Under the pieces are notes generated by a model. That model had not been told where the DNA came from. It saw only the letters and a program-made list of their open reading frames with translations, and ran no database searches. DNA of 64,000 nucleotides from an uncultured Flavobacteriaceae bacterium (GTDB lineage Bacteria > Bacteroidota > Bacteroidia > Flavobacteriales > Flavobacteriaceae). The DNA lies in contig CAXYCN010000004.1 in NCBI GenBank assembly GCA_964275555.1, positions 58,916 to 122,915 on the forward strand. Reading direction: 5' to 3'. Within the stretch, counting starts at the first letter, position 1, and every line of letters starts with the position of its first letter. This document shows, piece by piece, positions 9,696-19,750 of this stretch. The position numbers and the translations under genes were made by a program.

Positions 9696-9845
9696 GTGGT
9701 AAAGTCGTTTATACATATATTCTTTTAAGTATTTTTGATTTTTTCAATGATGCTACCCACAGTATTTAGTTTATATTTTCAAACAGATACAATTGTTTTA
9801 TTTTATACTTCAAAGGAAGAGAAAACTGAAAAAACAGAGAAATAA
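9696..9845 (+). pseudogene. Possible remnant of a small hydrophobic/acidic protein upstream of carbonic anhydrase
   Basis: Broken frames VVKSFIHI / ILLSI / LIFSMMLPTVFSLYFQTDTIVLFYTSKEEKTEKTEK*. The intact part is 9747-9845 (32 aa). Confidence 0.3.
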
Positions 9846-9931
9846 ATATTAAATTGATTTCCGAAAAAGGAATCGTGGAAAATCCAGATAGTTATATCAA
9901 ATTTTTTAATTTAAACCCAAAATAGCATAGC

Positions 9932-10561
9932 ATGTACACACACACACAAGAAACACAATCTAAAATGACACCAGTATCGTCATTGCAAAATTTAAGAGAA
10001 GGAAATAAAAGATTCCAAGAAAATGTTCGTTTGAGCAGAAATTTAGTCCAACAAGTTAGAGAAACAGCAACTGGTCAATACCCTTACGCAACTGTGTTAA
10101 GCTGTATAGACTCTAGAGTTTCATCAGAATTAATTTTTGATCAAGGGATGGGCGACTTATTTAGTATTCGTATTGCTGGAAACTTTGTGAATGAAGATAT
10201 TCTAGGTAGTATGGAATTTGCTTGTAAGTTAGCAGGAACAAAACTAGTTGTAGTTTTAGGGCATACGGCTTGTGGAGCTGTTAAAGGGGCTTGTGACCAT
10301 GCTAGGTTAGGAAACCTAACTGCACTTATAAACAAAATAGAACCCGCAGTTGAAGCAGTTACTGAACCTCAAGACCAAAGTGTACGTAATTCTGGTAATA
10401 TAGAATTTGTAAATAATGTTGCAGAAAAAAATGTTTTAATGACTATTGATAATGTTCGAAACCAAAGTCCTGTATTGGCTGAAATGGAAGCGAATAATGA
10501 AATAAAAATTATTGGCGGTATGTATGATATTTCAAATGGTGAAGTAACATTCTATAGCTAA
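9932..10561 (+). CDS. Beta-class carbonic anhydrase
   Basis: Zn-ligand motifs LSCIDSRV and GHTACGAV, plus RIAGN. Confidence 0.95.
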   Translation: MYTHTQETQSKMTPVSSLQNLREGNKRFQENVRLSRNLVQQVRETATGQYPYATVLSCIDSRVSSELIFDQGMGDLFSIRIAGNFVNEDILGSMEFACKLAGTKLVVVLGHTACGAVKGACDHARLGNLTALINKIEPAVEAVTEPQDQSVRNSGNIEFVNNVAEKNVLMTIDNVRNQSPVLAEMEANNEIKIIGGMYDISNGEVTFYS

Positions 10562-10584
10562 TAAAACGAATTAGTTTAAAAAAA

Positions 10585-10608
10585 AGAGGCTGTTAAAAAA
10601 CAGCCTCT
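10585..10608 (+). terminator. Hairpin/terminator after carbonic anhydrase
   Basis: AGAGGCTGTT-aaaa-AACAGCCTCT. Confidence 0.55.
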
Positions 10609-10763
10609 ACTCTATAAATCTAGTCGACAAAAACTAAACGATTTTAAAGAGATGTTGCAATAACAAAAATTAATATGATTTGTATGTATTTTTAAAATCA
10701 AGAAATTATTACCTTAATGTTAATAGTGTAATTAATTAATAATAAGCTATTTAAAAACCCAAT

Positions 10764-10816
10764 GTTAACTTAACGTTAACTTAACTTGTTTTTAATGTTA
10801 ATAATACTTAATTTTG
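10764..10816 (+). promoter_or_regulatory. Bacteroidota promoter with 11-bp GTTA/TAAC repeats
   Basis: TAATTTTG (-7 box TAnnTTTG) at 10809-10816. AATGTTAACTT AACGTTAACTT tandem: TAAC at 10766/10777 and 10771/10782; GTTA at 10764, 10775 and 10797. Confidence 0.55.
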
Positions 10817-10842
10817 GTTAAATAATTATTAAACGTTAAGCT

Positions 10843-11199
10843 ATGAAAATTAAAATCTTCCTAATAATGTTTCTTTTTATGTCTGGATTATTATTTGCTC
10901 AGGAAAAAGAAGATAAATATATAGAAAAAAACAACTTAATTGAAGCTACTTTATACAGTGATAATGGTCAAGTTTCTCAGAGAGGATTCTACAACAAACA
11001 AGGTAAATTACAAGGAGAGTGGATTAGTTATGACTCTAAAGGATTAAAAACTGCTGTGGCTTATTACAATAAAGGTGAAAAGGTAAATACTTGGTTATTT
11101 TATCAAAATAATATAATAAATGAAGTTACTTATTCAAATTCGAAAATTTCTAAAGTGAAAGTTTGGAAAGCAAAAGAAGTTAGTATAGTTACAAATTGA
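10843..11199 (+). CDS. Small secreted MORN-variant repeat (YwqK-like) protein
   Basis: Signal peptide ending LFA-Q. Repeats YSDNGQVSQRGFY, GKLQGEWISYDSKG and YNKGEKVNTWLFY. Confidence 0.75.
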   Translation: MKIKIFLIMFLFMSGLLFAQEKEDKYIEKNNLIEATLYSDNGQVSQRGFYNKQGKLQGEWISYDSKGLKTAVAYYNKGEKVNTWLFYQNNIINEVTYSNSKISKVKVWKAKEVSIVTN

Positions 11200-11226
11200 T
11201 TTAATTAATACAAAAATAGTATAGAT

Positions 11227-11257
11227 AAAAAAACCAGTTGATTAACTGGTTTTTTTT
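11227..11257. terminator. Bidirectional terminator between convergent genes
   Basis: AAAAAAACCAGTT-gatt-AACTGGTTTTTTT. Confidence 0.8.
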
Positions 11258-11276
11258 GTCTGTATATAAAATTATC

Positions 11277-14105
11277 CTAGAATTTCACATTGTAACTAAT
11301 ACTTATCTTCTGTCCAGGATTCCATTTTGAATATATTTGATCCTCAGCTTTATAAGACTCATATACACTTTCAATATTACTATTTAAGAGATTTTCAAAT
11401 TTTAATGAAATAGTAGCGTTTTTGTTTTTTCCAAAAGTTTTTGAAGCATTAAATAGTAAATTATTGAATGGTAAGGTATAAACATCAGGAATATCACCAC
11501 TACCAACAATTTGCAATGTTTTTCCTTGTACATTATAAAATAAACCAGCATTCCATCCATTATCATTAGTATAATCTATTCCAAAGTTAACAAGATAAGG
11601 GGACTGTCCCTGTAAAGGCCTTGTGTCGTCTAATACTTCGCCAGATCTAAGATTATCTTCTCTATTTGCTTTCTCATCATCGCTAAACTCTTGTTGAGAG
11701 TTTATAAGTGATAAATTTGTATTTATTCTAAATTTTTCCAAACCTGGAATAAACCCTAAATTTTTCCGTATTTCTATTTCAGTACCATATACGATAGCAT
11801 CTCCTAAGTTTAAAGGGGTAAATTGACCAGTAGCACTTCTAATAAACGAAAGCTCTATAGGGTCTTTAAACGATTTGTAAAAACCACTAATAGCATAAAA
11901 GTCTCCGTTTTCTCCATATTTTTCATACCGCAAATCAAAATTATTTATATAGGTTGGTTGAATATTAATATTTCCTATAAAAAAAGTATTATTAATTGGG
12001 TCAAATATTTCTGCTAAAGAAGCTTCCTTAAAGGAAGGTCTTGCTGTAGTTCTTGCATATGAAGTTCTAATTTTTTGTGAACCTTCTTCATTTAAGTCAA
12101 ATATTAAATTTGTAGAGGGGAAAAAATCAGATTTATCTAAAATGGTAGCCTTATTTAACTTTGTTCCATCTTGTCTTTCACCAGTATAAACTAGTTGAAA
12201 TTTTTCAAAACGCAATCCAACTACTGCTTGAAACCAGTCTGTTATTTTAAATTCTTCAGATGCATATGCTGAAGCAATACTCATTTGTGAATCATAAGTA
12301 TCTGAAATCCCAGAATCTCTTCTTACAAATACACCGCTATTTATTGATGCATCATATATGTTTTGATCCGCTAATATTTGATCTGGATCTCCATTTGCAA
12401 AATCACTAACAATATTTAATAATGGAAATGAAAACCTTTCAACTACAAAATTTCTAGTTTTATAAGCGTAACCAACTCCTAATTTAAGTTTAGCTTCTTT
12501 TCCAAGAAATGTATGTTTATTAATGATGTCTATATTACTAACTATGTTCCCCTCATTTAAATCTCTATAAATTCTAGTTGGTAATCCTGATTCACTAGGT
12601 TCTATGGTATAGGTTTCAATCCCTGTTAATTCGTCTATAGAAACTTTAAAAGGAGTTACTCTAAAATCTTTATCATATACTAATGCTAAAGAAGGAGAGA
12701 GTTTCCAATCTAAAGTCCAATTAGATTCTTGATCTATCGAATGTTTTCCATTAAGTAATAAATTAGTGATGGAACGCTGTGTATAAATTAAGTTGTCTTT
12801 TTTAATTTGATTTGAATTCTGGATTCTATTTTGTTGATTAAAAATGGAAGCTTTAGATTCTCCATTTTGAATATGAAGTATATTAAATTTATATTTAGAC
12901 TTTTCAGTTTTAAACGATAATCCAGCAATACCGCTTATTAATACATTATTAGTACCTCCTTCGCCTTGTTGAGTTCTATCTGTATTTAGTTCATAAATTG
13001 TTGGGTTCACATTCTTTCTAAAAACTTGACCGTCTATATATTGTGAAAAATATTGAGTTTCATTTCGATAAGATATAGCGGCTACATAGCCTAATTTGTT
13101 ATTTCCAACATCAAATTGATTTCCAGCAGTAAAAGAAAAATTATAATCCATAAAACTAGTTTCTCTTCGGGCAGCTAGATTTTTTGTAAATCTTTTAGTT
13201 AATATTTCCACAACTTCTCCATTTTCTTGAGGTAAAGGGATGTATTGCTGGCTAGGGATTGGATTATCTCGCAATCCATTATCAAAGCCTAGAAAATCTG
13301 TTTTACTTCCTTTATAAGTTAAATAGTTTTTATTGAAATGAAAATCTGAGTTATAACCGAGACCTAAAGATGCACTATACCCTTCTTTATTAGGAATATC
13401 TTTAGTAACTATATTAATAGCTCCTCCAGTAAAATCTGCTCCTTGATCGGCAGTGGAAGATTTGCTCACAATCACATTTTCTAAAATTGAAGATGGAAAC
13501 AAATCCAATTGCAAAGTATTTCTATCAGGATCTAAACCTGGTACATCTACTCCGTTTAATGAGGTCTTTGTGTATCGATCTCCTAGGCCTCTAACATATA
13601 CATATTTACCCCTTTGAACAGAAACCCCAGGAATATTTTTAACAGCAGAAGCAATATCACTAGCACCTGAGTTTTTTATGCTTTCTAGCGATAACCCATC
13701 AATTAGTTTAACAGAGTTTCGCTGTAAATGTAAAATAGAAGCTTCGGTATTTCTTTTTAAGGATGTTGTAATTATTACTTCATCTAATTTAGCTGTTGAT
13801 GCTTTTAAAGTGACATCGACAACTATAGTTTCACCATTTTTTACAATTACCTCATTTATTTCTAGCGTTTGATAGCCTACAAATGAAAATTGTACAGTAT
13901 ATATTCCGGGTTTTAATTCTAAAGAGTATTTACCTTCAAAATCACTTAGTGCTCCACGTTGTGAATCCTTTATAATAACATTTGCAAATGGTAATATGTC
14001 ATTGTATTCACCATCGTTAACAGTTCCAGTTATTATTCCAGATTGTGCAAAGGCTATAAAGGATAATAATCCTACTATTATTGTAAGTGTAATTGATTTT
14101 TTCAT
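11277..14105 (-). CDS. TonB-dependent receptor (carboxypeptidase-like N-terminal domain, plug, beta-barrel)
   Basis: Signal peptide; ITGTV..LPFANV..DFEGKY CarboxypepD-reg-like domain; plug motifs VYVRGLGDRY and LDLFPS; C-terminal YNVKF. Confidence 0.92.
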   Translation of the reverse strand: MKKSITLTIIVGLLSFIAFAQSGIITGTVNDGEYNDILPFANVIIKDSQRGALSDFEGKYSLELKPGIYTVQFSFVGYQTLEINEVIVKNGETIVVDVTLKASTAKLDEVIITTSLKRNTEASILHLQRNSVKLIDGLSLESIKNSGASDIASAVKNIPGVSVQRGKYVYVRGLGDRYTKTSLNGVDVPGLDPDRNTLQLDLFPSSILENVIVSKSSTADQGADFTGGAINIVTKDIPNKEGYSASLGLGYNSDFHFNKNYLTYKGSKTDFLGFDNGLRDNPIPSQQYIPLPQENGEVVEILTKRFTKNLAARRETSFMDYNFSFTAGNQFDVGNNKLGYVAAISYRNETQYFSQYIDGQVFRKNVNPTIYELNTDRTQQGEGGTNNVLISGIAGLSFKTEKSKYKFNILHIQNGESKASIFNQQNRIQNSNQIKKDNLIYTQRSITNLLLNGKHSIDQESNWTLDWKLSPSLALVYDKDFRVTPFKVSIDELTGIETYTIEPSESGLPTRIYRDLNEGNIVSNIDIINKHTFLGKEAKLKLGVGYAYKTRNFVVERFSFPLLNIVSDFANGDPDQILADQNIYDASINSGVFVRRDSGISDTYDSQMSIASAYASEEFKITDWFQAVVGLRFEKFQLVYTGERQDGTKLNKATILDKSDFFPSTNLIFDLNEEGSQKIRTSYARTTARPSFKEASLAEIFDPINNTFFIGNINIQPTYINNFDLRYEKYGENGDFYAISGFYKSFKDPIELSFIRSATGQFTPLNLGDAIVYGTEIEIRKNLGFIPGLEKFRINTNLSLINSQQEFSDDEKANREDNLRSGEVLDDTRPLQGQSPYLVNFGIDYTNDNGWNAGLFYNVQGKTLQIVGSGDIPDVYTLPFNNLLFNASKTFGKNKNATISLKFENLLNSNIESVYESYKAEDQIYSKWNPGQKISISYNVKF

Positions 14106-14125
14106 AGTTGTCTTATAATAAAAAT

Positions 14126-14153
14126 AACTCGTCCCAAAACTTGGGGACGAGTT
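14126..14153 (-). terminator. Intra-operon hairpin/terminator between the lipoprotein and TonB receptor genes
   Basis: AACTCGTCCCAA...TTGGGGACGAGTT, followed on the - strand by ATTTTTATT. Confidence 0.65.
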
Positions 14154-14187
14154 TGTAATAACTTATTTTTTGGTTAATTAAAATAAA

Positions 14188-15423
14188 CTATAAAGCTCCT
14201 TTAGCATTTGTGTAAGTCCACTCAAAATCTGAAAGGTTTGCACCTACAGTTCCTCCCCCAGAAACTGCTTGTGCATCATCTCCAAATCCTGAAACTATTA
14301 CATTTTCAGCTTTATTTACAAATAAATCTTGAACATTTGTAACCCCTACAGGCAGTACAATTTGCCAAATTCCAAATTGTAATTTTCCATTGTTATAATT
14401 TGTAGCAACACCATCGTTATCTAATTCAACATCTGAAGAATCCTTAAACCCAATTGCATATACATTGTTAGAAGTTCCCATTGCATTACTTCTATAGTCA
14501 GCATATTCGCCATTTTCAGTATTTTGATTGCCAATTAAAGTTATGCCATTTAAATTAAAACTACCTTCTAATGCACCTTCTGGGCCATCAATTTCCATAG
14601 CATGATCAGAGATATCCCCTAAAATCACAACAGAGTTACTGATTGTTCCAGAATAAGCTTGGTCAATATCTAAACCGTCATCTCCTTGTGCCCATACTAA
14701 AGCATTAGACATATTTACAGATCCTCCAAAAAATTCAATTCCGTCATCTACATTTGCAACTACCTCAACATTAGAGATTGTTGTACCTGAACCAACAGCA
14801 CCTAAAGTAAGGCCGTTAATTTCATTTCCTTCTCCAATTTCAGCTCCACCATGACGAATAGATATAAAATTAATTTCACCAGAATTATCAGAATTATTGT
14901 TTCCTCCATATAATCCATTGGTGTCACTAGCAGGAATTCCTTCTATTTGAGTTTCTGTAGCATTTCCTTCAACGGATATATTAGCATTCCCTAATACTAT
15001 AAGACCACCCCATAATCCACGATCATTTTCTGTTAAATTTCCACCTGCAGTTTGACCTAATTGTATATTGTCTGCAGTTGAAGTAAAAATAATTGGATTA
15101 TTAGACGTACCATTTGCCATTATCTTAGCATCTCTTGCTATAATTAAAGCAGAAGCATTAGCACCACTTCCTGCATAAGCTTTTATAATAGTCCCTGCTT
15201 CGATGGTTAATGTTACACCTGCAGTTACAGTTACCCTTCCTTCAATTTCCCAAATCAAATCATTCGTTAATGTTTTATCTGAAGTGATTTGACCTTGTAA
15301 TATTCTATCTGTTTCTTCTGAAATCGGATCTACGGGTATGATAACTCCGTCATCATCGCTGTTGCAACTAGAAAACAATCCTATGATTGTTATTGTAAAA
15401 ATTGATAATAATACTTTTTTCAT
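14188..15423 (-). CDS. Surface lipoprotein with predicted parallel beta-helix fold, partner of the TonB receptor
   Basis: Lipobox LFSS-C followed by acidic NSDDD (Bacteroidota surface export signal). Motifs GLWGGLIVLG, EINGLTLGAVGSGT, DDGIEFFGG and DDGLDIDQ. Confidence 0.8.
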   Translation of the reverse strand: MKKVLLSIFTITIIGLFSSCNSDDDGVIIPVDPISEETDRILQGQITSDKTLTNDLIWEIEGRVTVTAGVTLTIEAGTIIKAYAGSGANASALIIARDAKIMANGTSNNPIIFTSTADNIQLGQTAGGNLTENDRGLWGGLIVLGNANISVEGNATETQIEGIPASDTNGLYGGNNNSDNSGEINFISIRHGGAEIGEGNEINGLTLGAVGSGTTISNVEVVANVDDGIEFFGGSVNMSNALVWAQGDDGLDIDQAYSGTISNSVVILGDISDHAMEIDGPEGALEGSFNLNGITLIGNQNTENGEYADYRSNAMGTSNNVYAIGFKDSSDVELDNDGVATNYNNGKLQFGIWQIVLPVGVTNVQDLFVNKAENVIVSGFGDDAQAVSGGGTVGANLSDFEWTYTNAKGAL

Positions 15424-15460
15424 TTTTGTTAGTTTTTAATTTTTGTTAGTTTTATTACTG

Positions 15461-15537
15461 CAAATAAACATTCACTTTGTAAAGTTTGTGTTATCTAAAA
15501 ATTAACAATAGGTGATCTTATGGTTAAATTAACGTTA
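15461..15537 (-). promoter_or_regulatory. Putative Pho-box-like promoter of the lipoprotein-TBDR operon (5 phased repeats)
   Basis: GTTA 15490, ATTA 15501, GTGA 15512, GTTA 15523 and GTTA 15534, at an exact 11-bp period. The -7 element (caaa at 15461; TTTATTTG on the - strand) is 29 bp from the first repeat. Confidence 0.65.
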
Positions 15538-15596
15538 CTTATAAAACTTATTGAAAAAGAACTTATATATAGTATATTGCATAATAAAAAATTGGT

Positions 15597-16937
15597 ATGA
15601 TGAATTGGGAACAGTTATTATCATTAAGAAGACAAGGTGATACAAATAAAAGATTGCGAATAGAACAGGATGAAACCCGTTTGGGTTTTGATGTAGATTA
15701 TGATCGGATTATTTTCTCTTCAGCTTTTAGAAGTCTACAAGATAAAACTCAAGTAATACCTTTGTCAAAAACATCTTTTGTTCATACTCGCCTTACTCAT
15801 AGCCTAGAAGTATCTGTGGTGGGTCGTTCTTTGGGTAGAACTATTGGAAAAGCAGTTTTAGAAAAACACCCACAATTACATACAGTTCATGGTTATCAAA
15901 GTAACGACTTTGGTGCAATTGTAGCTGCAGCTTCATTAGCTCATGATATTGGGAATCCTCCATTTGGACATAGCGGTGAAAAAGCAATTGGTAATTATTT
16001 TTTAAATGGAAATGGTAAACGATTCAAAACACAATTAACAAATAAAGAATACCAAGATTTAATTGACTTCGAAGGGAATGCCAACGGGTTTAAAATACTT
16101 TCAGAATCAAAAAATGGAGTAGAAGGAGGTTTGCGTTTATCTTTTGCAACCCTTGGTGCTTTTATGAAATATCCCAAAGAATCGTTACCTAAAAATCCAA
16201 CCAGTCATATTGCCGATAAAAAATATGGAGTTTTTCAATCTGAAAAAGATTTTTTTGGAGCAGTAGCACAGGAATTAGGATTGCAGAAAAGAGGTGAACA
16301 AAAAGATCTAAGTTATCATCGGCACCCATTAACTTTTTTAGTGGAAGCAGCAGATGATATTTGTTATACAATTATTGATTTTGAAGATGGTATCAATTTA
16401 GGACTTATTGAAGAAGAATTTGCATTGGAATATCTTATCAACTTAGTAAAAGAGAATATAAATACAAAAAAATACACTAGTTTAATAAAATCTACAGATA
16501 GACTAGCATATTTACGTTCCTTAGCCATCAATACTTTGGTAGCTGAAGCTGCCGCTGTTTTTATAGAAAACGAAGAAAACATATTAAATGGAGAATTCAC
16601 AACATCACTATTAGATAAGAGTAAGTATAAAGCTCAAGTAGCTGATATCATAAAAATAAGTGTTCAAAAAATATATAAAAGCACCGAAGTAATCGATAAA
16701 GAAATCGCAGGATATAAGATTCTTAATACTTTATTGGATGTTTATACGACTGCTGTTGAAAACGTATTTAATGATTCTTTAACACCATTTGATTCACTAG
16801 TATTAAACGATTTGTCATTTAATACCAATGAAAATTATACCACTTATCAATACCTAATTGAAAGCTGTAATTACATATCTAGACTTACAGATGGTAATGC
16901 CATGTTAATATTCCAGAAAATTAATGGAAATCTTTAA
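15597..16937 (+). CDS. dgt: Deoxyguanosinetriphosphate triphosphohydrolase (dGTPase, HD family)
   Basis: FRSLQDKTQV, HTRLTHSLEV, AHDIGNPPFGHSGE, FEGNA and EAADDICY motifs. Confidence 0.95.
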   Translation: MMNWEQLLSLRRQGDTNKRLRIEQDETRLGFDVDYDRIIFSSAFRSLQDKTQVIPLSKTSFVHTRLTHSLEVSVVGRSLGRTIGKAVLEKHPQLHTVHGYQSNDFGAIVAAASLAHDIGNPPFGHSGEKAIGNYFLNGNGKRFKTQLTNKEYQDLIDFEGNANGFKILSESKNGVEGGLRLSFATLGAFMKYPKESLPKNPTSHIADKKYGVFQSEKDFFGAVAQELGLQKRGEQKDLSYHRHPLTFLVEAADDICYTIIDFEDGINLGLIEEEFALEYLINLVKENINTKKYTSLIKSTDRLAYLRSLAINTLVAEAAAVFIENEENILNGEFTTSLLDKSKYKAQVADIIKISVQKIYKSTEVIDKEIAGYKILNTLLDVYTTAVENVFNDSLTPFDSLVLNDLSFNTNENYTTYQYLIESCNYISRLTDGNAMLIFQKINGNL

Positions 16938-17104
16938 TTTTTTTTAATAGAAAAGATACTTATAAGATAAAAGTAATTATTGACAGCAAATCAGTTTTTT
17001 TATGCAATTAATTGACTTTAAGTATTTTCTATTAATTAAGTAGGGTATTATTAAGTTTAGATGTTTTATATTTACAAAGATATAATTAATATAAAAAATC
17101 TCAT

Positions 17105-19694
17105 ATGAAAAAATTACTTTACATGTTTGTATTTATGGTTGCTGGCTCTGTTTTTGGACAGGACTTTAGTAGCTCTATAAATACGTATTTAAATTCAAAC
17201 CAATCAGAATTAAGTTTACAGTCTCAAGATATTGAGGATATCGTTATAGACAGGCATAGTTATTCTAAAAGCATGGATGTTGAAAACGTTTATGTTGTTC
17301 AACAATACCAAGGAATTGAAATTTTTAATTCAGTTTCGTCTTTTGCAATAAAAAATGGACAAGTAAAAAATGCAAGTTTATCTTTTTCTAAAGATGTGTC
17401 ACAAAAAGTTAACACGACAACACCTGCCATTTCTGCTGCTACAGCAATTGGGAATGCAGCTTTAGAATTAGGTATTAACAGCCCTACAAATCTTGAATTA
17501 TTAGAAACAGTTTCTGTAAATTCTTTTATCTATTCTAATGGGACTATCTCTTTAGAAAATATTCCAGTAAAATTAGTTTTCCAAAAAATGGAGGATGGTT
17601 CATTACAATTAGCATGGGACCTTAGTATCTATGTATTAGATGCAAGTCATTATTATAGTGTACGTGTAGATGCAGTAACAGGAACTATATTAAATTTAGG
17701 AGACTGGGTGGTGAGTTGTAGTTTTGGAGAACATAAAAATAATTCTGATTCATCACATACAGAAAATAGTGTATTATTTTCTAAAGAAGATGCAACAATG
17801 GCTTCTTTAACTGATGGTGCAATATACAATGCAATTGCATTACCGAATCAAAGTCCAGATGATGGTGATTTCTCAATAATTGATAGATCCTTCAGCTCTA
17901 GGAGTTGGATCCCCTTATGGATGGCATGATACTGACGGTGATGCAGGACCAGAATTCACAATAACTAGAGGAAATAATGTTTGGGCTCAAGAAGACGAAA
18001 ATGGTAATAATGGAACAGGCTTTTCTCCAGAAGGGACAGCGGAATTAATTTTTGATTTTGAGTTTGATTTTACTCAAGATCCGGCTCTTTCTTTAGATGC
18101 TTCTATTACTAATTTATTTTACCTGAACAACATGCTTCATGATATATTTTATGAATATGGTTTTGATGAAGCTAGTGGAAATTTCCAACAAAATAACTAT
18201 GGTAATGGTGGTAATGGTAATGATTTTGTGTATGCAGATGCTCAAGACGGAAGTGGAACCAATAACGCAAATTTTGCAACTCCCGGAGATGGAGGAAAAC
18301 CAAGAATGCAAATGTTTTTGTGGGATGGTGCAGTAATTTCTGGATCTTTATTAACCATAAATGATAGCCCTTTAGCAGGTAATTATGAGGGAGTGCCAGC
18401 AGCTTTCGGTGGTGAAATCGTTGACTTAACAGAGGATTTAGTATTGGTAGAAGATGATGGAGCTACAGGAGATATTTATGATGCCTGTGATCCTATTATT
18501 AATGGAGTAGACTTAGTTGGAAAAATCGCTGTAATTAGAAGAGGTGCTTGTGAATTTGGTTTTAAAGCATTAGCAGCTGAAAATGAAGGAGCTGTTGCGG
18601 TAATTATGGTAAATAATGTAGAGGGTGAAGCCATTACAATGGCACCTGGAGCTGTAGGAGATCAAGTTACTATTCCATTATTTATGGTAAACAATATGGA
18701 TGGTGAGGCCATCATAGAACAATTATTAACCGGAACGGTTAATGCAACCATCAATGGTGTAACGGTAGGTCCAATGATTGATGCGTCCCTTGATAATGAA
18801 ATTATTGCTCATGAATATGGTCATGGAATTTCAAACCGTTTAACAGGAGGTGGAAACAACACAGGTTGTTTAAACAATGCTGAGCAAATGGGAGAAGGTT
18901 GGAGTGACTACCTAGGTTTAATAATAACCATGAAGGTTGGAGACCAAGCGGACGACGGCAGAGGTATGGCTACTTATTCTGCAGGACAAGGTTTAGATGG
19001 TGGTGGAATTCGTCAATATAAGTATAGTAGAGACATGATCGAGAATCCACTTACCTATTCAGATTTACCTGCTACAGGTGGGCAAGTTCACGCAGTTGGA
19101 ACAATATGGGCAACAATGCTTTGGGATTTAACCTGGGATTTAATTGACGTATATGGATATGATGAAGACATGTTTAATGGTACAGGAGGAAACAATATCG
19201 CCATGCAATTAGTTCTTGACGGGATGAAATTACAACCTTGTGCTCCTGGATTTGAGAGTGGTAGAGATGCTATCATAGAAGCAGATGAACTTGCATATGG
19301 TGGAGAAAACAAATGTTTGATATGGGAAACTTTTGCAAGAAGAGGCTTAGGGTCTGGTGCTACTCAAGGTTCTCCAAGTAGCGTTACAGATGGGACAGCA
19401 GCTTTTGATATTCCTGCAGAATGTGAAGGTTTAGGCATTAATGATACTAATTTAGATAATAAGTTTATTATTTATCCTAATCCATCAAATGGAAATATAA
19501 AGATCAAACCATTATTAGATTTTGGAGATGCTAACGTATCCATTTATGACATCAACGGTAGAAAAGTACATAACACAAATGTTAACTTACAAAACACGGT
19601 TTCTATAAATGCTCAAAACTTAAGTTCTGGGATGTACATTATGCAAATCGAAGGTGTTGATTACAGTCATACAGCAAAACTTATTATCAACTAA
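17105..19694 (+). CDS. T9SS-secreted M36 (fungalysin) metallopeptidase with FTP/PepSY prodomain and PA domain; split by a net +1 frameshift near 17882-17885
   Basis: ORF 17105-17929 holds the signal peptide and propeptide. ORF 17880-19694 continues SPYGWHDT, GFDEASGNFQ, a PA domain (RRGACEF..KA), HEYGH, MGEGWSD and a T9SS CTD (IYPNP...KLIIN). Removing one base joins the frames. Confidence 0.88.
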
Positions 19695-19717
19695 ATAATA
19701 AGAAATTGAATAATTTT

Positions 19718-19750
19718 AAAAAGCTGCCTTTTAATTAAGGCAGTTTTTTT
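19718..19750. terminator. Bidirectional terminator between the M36 gene and dxs
   Basis: AAAAAGCTGCCTT...AAGGCAGTTTTTTT. Confidence 0.75.

Noticed and set aside
10843-11199. Toxin-antitoxin pair (YwqJ/YwqK)
   Set aside because: No toxin gene is adjacent, and the protein has a signal peptide and its own promoter.
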